Below, piece after piece: positions 46,987 through 58,180 of a DNA stretch of 64,000 nucleotides. Made by a program: the position numbers and the translations under genes. A model generated the notes under the pieces. The model was not told the DNA's origin, ran no database searches, and was given only the letters and a program-made list of their open reading frames with translations. This DNA comes from Camelus ferus. Its lineage: Eukaryota. Every line of letters starts with the position of its first letter. The first letter of the stretch is position 1. The stretch is taken from NCBI RefSeq assembly GCF_009834535.1, contig NC_045706.1, forward strand, positions 7,812,001 to 7,876,000. Direction: 5' to 3'.

Positions 46987-49152
46987 CAGGCAAAAACCTC
47001 ATTTTATTGCACTTTGCAGATACTGTATTTTTTTTACAAATTGGAAGTTTGGGGTGATCCTGCATCGAGCAAGTTTATCGGCGCCATTNNNNNNNNNNNN
47101 NNNNNNNNNNNNNNNNNNNNNNNNNNNNNNNNNNNNNNNNNNNNNNNNNNNNNNNNNNNNNNNNNNNNNNNNNNNNNNNNNNNNNNNNNNNNNNNNNNNN
47201 NNNNNNNNNNNNNNNNNNNNNNNNNNNNNNNNNNNNNNNNNNNNNNNCCTATATATGACCACTAACTTAATAAATGTTGTGTGTGTTCTGACTGCTCCAC
47301 TGACCCCCTGTCCCCCCACCTCTCTCCCTCTCCCCGGGCTTCCCTATTCGCTGATACAAAACAATGTTGAAATAAGGCCAATTAATAACCCTCCAAAGGC
47401 CTCTAAGTGTTCAAGTGGAAAGAAGAGTTGCCCATCTTTCACTTTAAATCAAAAGTTAGAAATGATTAAGCTTAGTGAGGAAGGCATGCCAAATGTTGAG
47501 ATTGGTCGAATGATAGGAAAGCAAAGCTGCCTTATTGCTGAGATGGAGAAAGTGTGTGTGGTCTGGAGAGAAGATCAAACCAGCCACAACGTCCCCTTAA
47601 GTCCAAGCCTAACCCAGAGCCAGGCCCTAACTCTCTCCAATTCTGCAAAGGCTGAAAGAGGTGAGGAAGCTGCAGAAGAAAAGTCTGAAGTGAGCAGAGG
47701 TTGGTTCATGAGGTTTGAGGAAAGAAGCCGTCTCCATCACATCAAAGCACAAGGCGAAGCAGCAAGCACTGACGTAGAAGCTGCAATGAGTCATCCAGAA
47801 GACCTAGCTCAGACAATTAATAAAGGTGGGGCGCTAAACAGCAGAGTTTCAGTGCGGATGAAACAGCCTTCTACTGGAGGAAGATGCCATCTAAGACTTT
47901 CATAGCTAGAGAGGAGAAGTCAATGCCCGGCTTCAAAGCTAGAATGAACAGGCTGACTCTCCTGTGAGGGACGAACGCAGCTGGTGACTTTAAGTTGAAG
48001 CCAATGCTCATTTACCATCTGAAAATCCTCGGGTCCTTCNNNNNNNNNNNNNNNNNNNNNNNNNNNNNNNNNNNNNNNNNNNNNNNNNNNNNNNNNNNNN
48101 NNNNNNNNNNNNNNNNNNNNNNNNNNNNNNNNNNNNNNNNNNNNNNNNNNNNNNNNNNNNNNNNNNNNNNNNNNNNNNNNNNNNNNNNNNTCCTCCTCAT
48201 TAACAATGCACCTGGTCGCCCGAGAGGTCTGATGGAGATGGACAAAGAGATTTGGGTTGTTTTCATGCCTCCTAACACAGCATCCAGTCTGCAGCCCATG
48301 CATCAAGGAGCGGTTNNNNNNNNNNNNNNNNNNNNNNNNNNNNNNNNNNNNNNNNNNNNNNNNNNNNNNNNNNNNNNNNNNNNNNNNNNNNNNNNNNNNN
48401 NNNNNNNNNNNNNNNNNNNNNNNNNNNNNNNNNNNNNNNNNNNNNNNNNNNNNNNNNNNNNNNNNNNNNNNNNNNNNNNNNNNNNNNNNNNNNNNNNNNG
48501 CGNNNNNNNNNNNNNNNNNNNNNNNNNNNNNNNNNNNNNNNNNNNNNNNNNNNNNNNNNNNNNNNNNNNNNNNNNNNNNNNNNNNNNNNNNNNNNNNNNN
48601 NNNNNNNNNNNNNNNNNNNNNNNNNNNNNNNCTGCATCTCATGACAGAACTTTAAAAAGCAAGGAGCGGCTTCTTATGGATGAGCAAAGAAAGCGGTTTC
48701 TTGAGATGAAATCTACTCCTGGTGAAGATGCTCTGAAGACTGTTGAAATGACAACGAAGGATTTTTTAGAATATTACATAGATTTAGATGATAAGGCAGT
48801 GGCAGGATTTGAGAGGACTGACTCCAATTTCGAAAGAAGCTCTACTCTGGGTGAAGAGTTACCAAAGAGCATTTCACAAATGAGTCAGTGGACACCAACA
48901 TCGAGGCGAGACCCTCTACCCGCAAAAAGATTACGACTTGCTGAAGGCTCAGATGATGGTTAGCATGTTTAAGCATTATGTACATTTTTTCAGACATAAT
49001 GCTTTTGCACACTTAATAAACTACAGTATAGCGTAAATATAACTTTTAAATGCACTTGGAAACCAAAATATTTGTGGGACTCGCTTTATTGGGATACTTG
49101 CATTATTGTAGTGGTCTGGAAACAAACCTGCAGTATGTCTAAGGTCCGCCTG
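46987..49152 (+). mobile_element. Tigger1 DNA transposon (TcMar-Tigger), near full length, inactive
   Basis: TIRs caggcaaaaacctc...aaggtccgcctg. Transposase remnants FTLNQKLEMIKLSEEGM, RGWFMRFEERSRLHHIKAQGEAASTDVEAA, gatgaaacagccttctactgg (DETAFYW), LLINNAPG and [19 protein letters not shown], with frameshifts and internal deletions. Confidence 0.97.
47450..48963 (+). pseudogene. Disrupted Tigger1 (pogo-like DDE) transposase
   Basis: Conserved blocks are spread over different frames (ORFs 47054-47905 and 47995-48963). The DNAP motif reads NNAP, so a conserved Asp is lost. Partly hidden by N-runs. Confidence 0.85.
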
Positions 49153-49261
49153 AATTAACATAAGTGTCACCTCTCATGTCTGCTCTAGGTGTACAAGTAG
49201 TGGGCATGCAACTTGGAGGGTGGGATGGGGGGCAGTTCAACCTCTTTTGTGGGTAAGTTCA

Positions 49262-49380
49262 GGGATATGGCATCATTCATTCATTCATTCAACAAATAGT
49301 TTATTATCATCTGTTTTGTTCTAGGCTCTGGGCGAGGTTTACCACCATAGACAAAATAACCTTCCGAAGTTGCCTCAAGC
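49262..49380 (-). mobile_element. L2 LINE 3' end
   Basis: cattcattcattcattcaacaaatagtttatt...ctaggctctggg. Confidence 0.75.
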
Positions 49381-49389
49381 ACATAGTCT

Positions 49390-49555
49390 CAAATGCCAGG
49401 CGCTTCAAAATCCCAAAGGAACTTGTTAAAGTGCATATTTCTGGGTTCCATCCCCAGACAGTGTGATGTGGTGAGTCCTAAGTGTTGCCCAGGAATCTAC
49501 GTTTTAAAAAATACCCCAGGTGATTCTAGTGCAGATCAGGAGGCTTTGAAGACCA
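49390..49555. mobile_element. MER5A-like hAT-Charlie MITE
   Basis: aacttgttaaagtgcatatttctgggttccatccccagac...cccaggaatctacgttttaaaaaataccccaggtgattctagtgcag. Confidence 0.8.
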
Positions 49556-50344
49556 GGCTTTGATAAACGCTGGCGTGGTGGGAAGTATGAAAGGGTAATA
49601 ATAACTCGAGGAAAGGATGCCAAGAATTTCCCAGAGATGACAGAGTCCTGGAATTCAAAGAGCTACTGTATGGAAGGGGCAGAACACAGGGCCTGTGTTT
49701 CCAGGGATCCATCCGCATCCGCATCAACTTGGATGAACTGGGAACATAAGATTGTGCGGTCGAGGACCAGTCCCAGGTGAATCACATCCTGAGCTTTCCA
49801 CCAGCACTCAGGAAGTCCAAGACCCCTCTCAGTTCAGGGAGGGGCTACAGGTTTGCAGCCACATTTAGCATGAGGGGCGGAGGAGGGGAGTTTGACAGCC
49901 AGGACAAAACTGCAGCCCAGGAAGATAAGAAGAGGAAATGAAGCAACTGGAAGGGGGCCTCCATCACCTGGTGGGTCAGCGAAACACAAGGTCTCACAGC
50001 CACCAGGTACCACGTGCCGAGGCCGGGCTGCAGCGGAATCGAGGAGCCTGAACTGTGGTCCCTGTGCTCAGGGGACAAACTGCTCCTTCAGCCACACACT
50101 CAGCACATCGCCTGGTGGAGGCAGGAAGACAGAGAGGGATCCGATAGGACAGTGAAGGGAAGTCACAGGCCAGTGTGTGGAATGACCCCCATAGTCCTTG
50201 GTGGCCCAGAAAGTGCTGGAATGGCCTGGAAATTGTTCTGGACTAACCTGCAGCTGGGCTAGAAAGAAACATGGACTGAGAAGTTGAGCCAACAAGCACT
50301 CTGGACAGAGGCCAAAGGAGAGTGGGCAAAACCCTGGTCTCAGA

Positions 50345-50450
50345 GCAACAGCCTCAAATGTGTATGTGACCTTGGGTAGGTCACAGCCCTTCTCTGAGCT
50401 CCAGGTCCCTCATTTGTAAAATAAGGTCCTCATGTCTCTGAAGCCTATAA
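50345..50450 (+). mobile_element. MIR SINE core
   Basis: tgtgaccttgggtaggtcacagcccttctctgagctccaggtccctcatttgtaaaataagg. Confidence 0.85.
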
Positions 50451-52134
50451 AACTGTTCTTATTTTTTAAAAAAATCCCCCAGACTTTGCCAGCCTTAAGG
50501 GCTTCCGGTCATTAAAGCCATAATAATTTAGAAAGTCAAGAGGAATAAAAAGTCTTAGGAGATATAAAAATTCTAAAAGCAAGATTAAAATTAAAGCCTG
50601 GTCTCCATCTGGAGCCCTAAATATGAGCTGAGATAAACTCTGGTAGCCACAGCCCCCCAGCCCACCCCAGATCGAGAACCCCATTCAGGTTGAGTCCTTC
50701 CCAGGATGATAGGATTTTGTGTCGTGGTTTAACCAATTTGCTTTGGAGAAAAAGGGCCGCACATATGGTAAGGTTGCGCCTCCAGTGATGCCCATCCAGC
50801 CATTTCTCAGATTTCCTTGTGGACGATGACTTTCTGAGAATAAAACTCAGCACCAGGAATCACAGGGGGGTTTGGGAATGTGTGGACACCAGGCGTAATT
50901 TCCAGCTCGTCACTGTCACAGTAAATTAACCCACATGTCATATCCCAGGGCCACTGTTGCTGTCTCCTACTACGAGCAACAGCTCAGCCCATCAGGGCAG
51001 GATGTTCTACCTGAAGTTTCCCGTGCTTTAGTCTCCACGAGAACGTAGGTGCTGGATTCCCTCGTCCAAGGCTGGGGAACTTCCCTAAGAACCAGAAACG
51101 CTTGAAACAAGGTTTGCATGCAGTTAAACAAGGACTCCCAGGGGATGAAAGGAGGACTTCGTAAGTAAGACGTTACAGGTGTGTAAGTATTGCTGGTACT
51201 TCTGCACGGACAATGTAAAGAGCAAAGTGACAGGTGCAGGGCCTGGCACACAGCAGGGTCCAGGACGCGGAAGTGTGTTCTCCTTTATGGTCTCACTCAC
51301 TCTCACAGAGCATCACCCCTTCCTGTGAAGACATGGAGTCCATTTCACTGCTCTCCATCCTGGGTGGAACTTTGCGACTTTGCCTCAATGAACAGAAAGT
51401 ACCAGACGTCATCTTCCATGACTTCCGAGGTGATGTGGCTTCTTTCTGGCTCTCCTGGATTGGGACCCCTCAGCTGATATTAATAAGTTTGGTGACCCAG
51501 AAGTCACCCTGCTGGGAAGATGGTGGGGAGAAACCACACGGAGACAGAGAGCGCTGTCCAGGGAGCCCCAGCCGCTCCGTCCTCCTGCCGGATGGGTCCT
51601 TCCGGCCTGGGCACCAGCCGGTGCGTGAGTGAGCCTTCACATGACTCCAGCCCCTGCTGCTTTCACCAAATATAGCAGAGGAGAGCCCTGCCCTTGAGAA
51701 AAATCAGGGCTGTTGTTTTTAAGGTTGTGATGGCTTTGCGATGCAGCCTTAAGTAGCTGGAAGAGGCTGCCACTGGGGTTGTCATGGTTCTGCATGGAGG
51801 ATGCGGGGGAGGACTCAGGGGTGGGGTTGGAGGAGGGGGAGAGAAGGCCCACCTAGCAGGTGTCAGGGGGAGACCTCAGATCACCAAAGCCCACCCCTGG
51901 CATACTTTTCCCAGCTCTAGTGAGGACGGGTCCTTCTTAGAATTACTTATGGCAAGAAGACGCAGGACACACGGAGACGGCTAGCTAGAGGGCTGGGAAT
52001 AAGTTCTGAGACCCTTCCTTTAGCAATTATAGGCACCCCCACTCCGGAGCCCCCTCAGGCCGCAGTGATATTCAACCAACAAGGGCAAAACCCACCTATG
52101 GTAACAGCAGAGGGCTCTGTTCCAAACCCTTAGC

Positions 52135-52357
52135 CAGGATGGGCAAACTCTGGCCAGTGGGCTAACTCCACAGCTGTATGCCTGTGCTTGTAAATAAAGT
52201 TTTATTGGCCGCGACCATGGTTCTCTGTTTGCATTTCGTCTACAGCTGCTTCTGCACGACTATAGCTGAGTAGGGTAGTTACGACAGACACCATCTGGCC
52301 CACAAAGCCTGAGATATTTACGAGCTGACCTTTCTAGAAGAAGGTTGCTGCCCCCTG
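52135..52357 (+). mobile_element. MER58A hAT-Charlie MITE, full length
   Basis: caggatgggcaaactctggcc...gtaaataaagttttattgg...ggcccacaaagcctgagatatttac...ttgctgccccctg. 8-bp TSD CCCT[T/A]AGC at 52127-52134 and 52358-52365. Confidence 0.93.
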
Positions 52358-52419
52358 CCCTAAGCTATCAAAAGCAAAATCCTGCCCTGCCTGGGCGTGG
52401 TCCCTGTTCAGAAAGACCC

Positions 52420-52880
52420 TGTGGGGTCCACGCACGCCACTCCATTCATTCACCTAGTCACTCCATACCCGTGAGTGCCTCAGGTACAGCGGGCTCCCAG
52501 CTCCACCTTGGGATCAGAAAAATGAACAGACGTAGCCCTTGTCTTGTAAGTGATCACAGCGTTGTGCAGGTGGCCACACGTTCAGAGGGTTACAGTGCAG
52601 AATGGTAAGAACCAGAGGGAGGCACTGCCTGTGGGATCCTAGACAGAGGCAACCAATCCCACTCCAGAGCTGAGGCCAGGAAAGGCTTCCAGAGGAACGA
52701 CTGTGGCACTGGATCCTGCAGGATGAGCAGGCTACAGGGACAGGTGAGGATGGGGTTGCCTGCACAGAGGGGACAATAAGCACAAAGGCCGGACGGGAAG
52801 AGGTTATGGAGGGCAGGCAGGACTTGAGGGCACGGCAGAGACGGCAGATTCCAGGAACCATAGCTGTGCCACCACACAGG
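52420..52880 (-). mobile_element. L2 LINE fragment
   Basis: aaaaatgaacagacgtagcccttgtcttgtaagtg...ccaggaaaggcttccagagga...gcacagaggggacaataagcacaaaggcc. Confidence 0.65.
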
Positions 52881-53598
52881 ACCTGACAATATGTCACTTA
52901 GAAGGGGAAGCGCATGCTCAGATCCTACAGGCTATGCCTGCCTTCACTGAGACACGGAGATTTCCATGCAGATCTGGTTTTCTATCTTCACTCTAGTGCA
53001 CCGACCCCAGGCCACCAGCCCTTCCAGGGTTAGAGGGCAGAAGCAGCCACGATGGGCTGTCCTCATGGGGAGGGCCATCCCCACACAAACCTGGGAACGT
53101 CCAGCCTAGCTTCCTCAGCGTCCTGCCTGCCTTAGCAAGTTCCATCTCAGGCCAACTCTCAGGCAGGAGAAAAAGAGTAATCACCAGGTAGATCACATGA
53201 ACGGCGGAGGCACAGCCACGTGACATGTGTCATCTTTGGGGGGGGCGGCAGGTGACTGGTGCCCTCGAAACCTCTCTCTGAAAATGCAACAAGGCACGTG
53301 TCCCAAGGAACAAGGGTGCCTTTGTTAGTGAGGCTGGCATCTGGGGACGAGCAGGGAACAGGCATTTCATCCTTGGCCGGAACACAGTACATTTAAACTC
53401 GAGGGCAGCCAGGGGCTCCCAAACCCCTTTGTTTCTGTATAGTACACTCTTTTAAAGTCATGTTGCCCTCCCACTTTTCCTTTATTAGAAGCAGATAACT
53501 TTAGTGCTGCTTCCCCAATATTATTGCTAAGCACAGAAGTGTTTTATGAAAACAGTCCTACTTACAAATCCTGTTCCCCATAACAATCCTGCTTAGGC

Positions 53599-53665
53599 TA
53601 TTATTATTATTATTACTATTATTATTATTATTACTATGATGATGATGATGATGATGATGATGATG
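53599..53665. repeat. Compound trinucleotide microsatellite (ATT/ACT)n(ATG)n
   Basis: Direct reading: tattattattattattactattattattattattactatgatgatgatgatgatgatgatgatgatg. Confidence 0.97.
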
Positions 53666-53904
53666 TCTAAAGGATCAAAGGGGGTTGTCACTGCTATGAA
53701 GGAGGCAAACTCCGAAATGGAAAACCTTTCCTCGGGGTCAGTGGCGGGCCCCGGCTCCCCAGGCAGCAGCCTGGAGCCGGACTCCTCCTGCCGCGCACAC
53801 GTGCCTCTGCTGAGAGCCTTGCTTTCCCTGTTTTCAGAAAGCAGACGTGTCTGGGAGCGGGGTGACCGTTCCGCATGGGTGCAAGTCCCTGCTCTGCTCT
53901 GATG

Positions 53905-54005
53905 TCCTGGGTGAAGTTGAGCAGCAAGTCCTTTCAACCTCGATGGACCTCAGTTTTTAAATCTGCAAAATGGGAAGCCTGACGGTCCTAAGCATAAGTC
54001 CCTCA
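53905..54005 (+). mobile_element. MIR SINE core
   Basis: gcaagtcctttcaacctcgatggacctcagtttttaaatctgcaaaatggg. Confidence 0.8.
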
Positions 54006-55047
54006 AGCTCCTTTGCAAAATGAAGCAAATTAAATGTTAAAAAGTAAAAGACTATTAAAAACCTACCACCCTAATCCTCAGAGTTGAGAGGTATAAAACT
54101 TATAAAAACCCATGAAAACCAGAGTCCTCCGGCAGCTTCAGCCTCTTGAAACTGTGTGTAATTGGGTCAAGGATCCATAGATGGCAGCCTCTTGCTAACT
54201 AAGATTTAAGGAAAAAATGCTTCCATTGATCTATACTTTCTCAGCAAATGTAATAGGGCCAGAAAGGAAACGGAGGCCAGACAAATCGTTATTTATCTTC
54301 AGATGTCAAGCAAGCCTCCCGTAGACCAACATGGCCATTGAGGATGCGTAATCTCTTTAATCTTAATGAAAATAAAAATTATGTTTCTAAAGTAGTTATC
54401 TACACATCATATTTTCACGAGGGGAACTATATCCTGCAAACAAGGATGTAACTGGTGAAATCTTACCATCTGAATGTTTAGTCTTGTGGCCTAAATGCCA
54501 TGAAAGCAGGCACATCTTCTGGTTAGCCTCGCCTAGAATCTCAGGGACGTTTGCTGAGAACTGGGGTCTTTGACCAGCTCCCGAGGGGACCGATGGCAAT
54601 ACTCGGGGAGAAAATTTGTAGCGACCCTGCTGGTGCTACAGAAACAGAAGGTAACAACAGCGGCATCAGAAGGACCTGCAAAATCCTGTGTAACCGACAC
54701 TAGTGAGGGGGGAGTGAAAGAAAAAGACACTTTCATACGTGGCTGTCGGGACATGTACTGAAGTTATAAATCGAAAGACCTAAAATGATAGTGAAAATCT
54801 TAGGGAAGAAAACCCCAGAAACTAGGTGACAAAAGCAGCCAAGAATTCACATCTTCCTGCAGAAACGCCTCCTGACTGGTATTCTGATATTTAGTGAAAC
54901 TTTCATTATAAAGAGCATTTATGATGGAAACCTGAGTTAGGCAGGTTAACCATACACGATACGCCCAAGAGAACTGAATTGATTGTAACAAGAGAGAAAT
55001 AGATTTAACGCTTTTGTCTTGATAGTTAGAAGAAACTCTGTGTGTGC

Positions 55048-55140
55048 AGGGTGGGGGGGGAGGGCTCAGTGGTAGAGAGCATGCTTGGCATTCACAAGGT
55101 CCTGGGTTCAATCCCCAGTACCTCCAGTTAAAAATAAAAA
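55048..55140 (+). mobile_element. tRNA-Ala-derived SINE, camelid Vic-1 type
   Basis: gggctcagtggtagagagcatgcttggcattcacaaggtcctgggttcaatccccagtacctcc plus A-rich tail. Candidate TSD AAGAAACT at 55030-55037 and 55139-55146. Confidence 0.88.
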
Positions 55141-55172
55141 GAAACTGTAAAGTAGCTTAATAAGACATCAGA

Positions 55173-55290
55173 GTTGGAATTCAGAAGTACACACTAGTAT
55201 ATATAAAAGAGATAAACAACAAGGACCTACTGTATAGCACAGGGCACTATAGTCAATTTCTTATAAGTTATAAGGGGAAAGAATCTGAAA

Positions 55291-55330
<40 letters not shown>

Positions 55331-55425
55331 CTGAATTGCTTTGCTATATACCTGAAACTAACATTGTAAATCAAATACATTTCAATAAAAAATAAAATTA
55401 AAAAAATCCCCCCTCCCCTCCAAAA
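55173..55425 (+). mobile_element. Cetartiodactyl-type L1 3'UTR fragment with internal (GT)n
   Basis: atatataaaagagataaacaacaaggacctactgtatagcacaggg...tacctgaaactaacattgtaaatcaaatacatttcaataaaaa; (GT)n at about 55296-55326. Confidence 0.9.
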
Positions 55426-57324
55426 AAGATACCAGATTTCCTTATGTAGTCAAACATGTGAATATGCCCTCATTGTCTGAGCCTTAATTGAAAGGTGCAA
55501 ACCAGGGAGAATATTAATCTCACCCATGCCCCCAACACACCCATTATGCGTTGTTTATTCCCTTATTAGAGCACTCAGCTCAGCCCGCCTGGGACTTAAG
55601 TCATTTATGTCTGTGTCTTCTCTCTCACTACACTGGGTGTCCCTTCAGGGCAAGGACCTCATCTTTGTTACACCATATCTGGCACTCAGGATGGCACAGG
55701 ATGAGCATTCAGTTTTTATTTGCTAACTTGAGCTTTCATCAAGCAACAGAGCTTCCCCGTCCTGGTTTGCTCTGTCAGTGTTTCTCTGTTTATGGCCAAG
55801 CTGGATTTGGAATTCTCCCCACAGTCTCTCAACATTGAAATGATCTTAAGGCAACCTTTAGACAATTTTAGGAAAAGAAAGAAGATGCCACAAAAGCAAA
55901 GGCAGGACAAGAGAATGTTCTGACTCCCAGAACCGTGTTGCCCGACAAAGAATGGGTTGAAAGGAAGAGATTCCTCTGCAGCCCACTTATTTGGGATTCA
56001 TCGGCTCACCCGCACTTGCACGGTGCTCTTCTGATAAGCTGCAAAATCTAAAACTCCTTATTAAATGTCAGATAAATCGGCTAGCCTGGGGCGAAGCCAA
56101 CGAATGGGCGGTGTGGGCTCCAGTNNNNNNNNNNNNNNNNNNNNNNNNNNNNNNNNNNNNNNNNNNNNNNNNNNNNNNNNNNNNNNNNNNNNNNNNNNNN
56201 NNNNNNNNNNNNNNNNNNNNNNNNNNNNNNNNNNNNNNNNNNNNNNNNNNNNNNNNNNNNNNNNNNNNNNNNNNNNNNNNNNNNNNNNNNNNNNNNNNNN
56301 NNNNNNNNNNNNNNNNNNNNNNNNNNNNNNNNNNNNGGTGCAGGGAATGTGCACACCATATATCAGGCTCAGAGCACGGAAGAAGCGCGGTGGGAGAGAG
56401 AATTTGCTAGATCCGCCGCTCCCAGCCCCCTAGTCGATATCTCTGTGGACAAGAGAGGGAGCAACTTGGAGATGCTAACTGCTCTCCACTGTCCACCTGG
56501 GCAGATTTTTCTTCCTCTTTTGCAGGGTGTTGCATGGGCCCTCACCTTGTCTCTGGCCCTTTGGATAACAGAATCAGGACTCTGGGCTGCTGTCCCAGCT
56601 TCTTGTTTGTGCTTGGACACAAGTAGGGAGTTTGGGGAAGCCCCCAGACCTGGTCTCAGCTGAACTCAGTAACAGAGCATCACACAGCCTTGCAGAGCTG
56701 GACCATGCACTTTTGTACAGCACCTCTTTGTGCTAAGCCCTTCATAGGTGTTCCTCTCTCGCCCGCACCTGAGTCCTTTCCTACCATCTCCCCAAGAGGG
56801 AGCATCGTTTTACTCCTTTCACATATGAGCAAATGGACCGTTTGGAAGGTCTTAAGCTATGAAAGCACAGAGCAGGTTTCCAGCTGCATCTGTTGGACTC
56901 CAATCCCCTGTACTTCCTACCACACCAGCTGTGTCCCTTTGTGACAAATCTAATGGGAACCCTTCTCAGTCTTATTCTAAGTGGGATCTTCCTTTTTACC
57001 TTCACAGATCTCCCAGCTACTTGGTGAGAGCACCAGATATGAACCCCTCCTAGGATAACAATACCATACATTAACTTCTCAGACACCCAAGTGTGGTAGG
57101 GTTAATCCTTCCCACGAAGAATGCATGGTCTACAGGAGAGGGGGAAATGTCCACGGTTCATTTTCTCCCAAAGGACTGGGTAGGAGGATACAAGAAATGT
57201 CGCCAAGGAGAGAGTCTGCTTCCACCTGAGGGATAGGGAAGGGGGCAATCAGGAGTGCTTCATGGAGGAGGTGGCCCTGGTAGGATGGTTGGAATTAGGA
57301 TTTGTTGATGGAATAGAATAAGAA

Positions 57325-57555
57325 CCCTTACTATGTGTCACGCTCTGTCTTTGAAATGCTGTACCTGCATAGCATATTTAGTCCTCAAAACAGCTTTACT
57401 TGGTTTTATTGTTACCTCCATTTTACAGATGAGAAAACTGAGGCACAGGGAGTTAAAGTAAATTACCCAAAGATACACAATGGTAGATGCGAGTCTCGAC
57501 CCCAGGCAGTCTGGCTCCAGTGCTCGTGATTTCGCGCACTGCGCGACGCTGCCTC
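57325..57555 (-). mobile_element. MIR SINE, near full length
   Basis: ctccattttacagatgagaaaactgaggcacagggagttaaagtaaattacccaaag...ccaggcagtctggctccagtgctc...cactgcgcgacgctgc. Confidence 0.92.
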
Positions 57556-57987
57556 TGTCTGAGGGAGGTGGGTGCTGAGAAGGTGACCATTCGGGCAAAG
57601 GCTGAGTGACGTGGAAAGGAAGTGGTGTGTGTGGGAGACATCTGGCAGTCCTGTTAGCCTGCAGCATACGCTACGTGAAGGTCAGACAGAGGTTGGAAAG
57701 GTACAACATATGTTGAGTCAAGGACCATTGGTTTGTTCATTAAGCCAGCGCTCACTCAGTAACTACTTGGTACCCAGGGAGTCCATTAGGCAGTGGGAGA
57801 TACAGTCGTGAACCAATGTTTCCAAAAAAAGGCATGAATACAAGTCAGGGAGGGTAACTTTCCAGAACTGCCTGGACATTTCACACTTACCCTTTGCTTA
57901 TGGCTACTGAAAGCCACTGGATCTCAAAAGCAAAATCATGTATCCCACAGTATGGATTCAGAAACCACTTGCGGGGAGTGACAGGAG

Positions 57988-58180
57988 GAGGGTAGACCGA
58001 TAAAATACAGGATTCCCAGTGAAATTTGAATTTCACATAAACAACAGATAATTTTTCGGGATAAGCATGTCACAGGTGTGTCCTGGGGTACACCAATACT
58101 AAAAAATTCTTCGTTGTCCATCTGAAATTCAGGCTTAACTTGGTATCTGGTATTTTTATTTGCTAATTCTGGCAGCTCTA
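57988..58180. mobile_element. MER53 palindromic hAT MITE
   Basis: gataaaatacaggattcccagtgaaatttgaatttcacataaacaacagataattttt ... aaaaaattcttcgttgtccatctgaaattcaggcttaacttggtatctggtatttttatttgctaattctggcagc; long self-complementary arms. Confidence 0.85.

Noticed and set aside
47995-48963. 322-aa ORF (and 283-aa ORF 47054-47905) as an intact transposase or TIGD-like gene
   Set aside because: The length is inflated by N-runs. Visible parts have frameshifts, deletions and a D-to-N change in the DNAP motif.
53636-53902. ORF starting with poly-Met (and the antisense poly-Ile ORF 53593-53937)
   Set aside because: Artefact of the (ATG)n/(ATT)n microsatellite; the remainder has no recognisable protein features.
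54174-54192. CTCF-like CCATAGATGGCAGC
   Set aside because: The 5' half does not fit the CCASYAG register (two to three mismatches).
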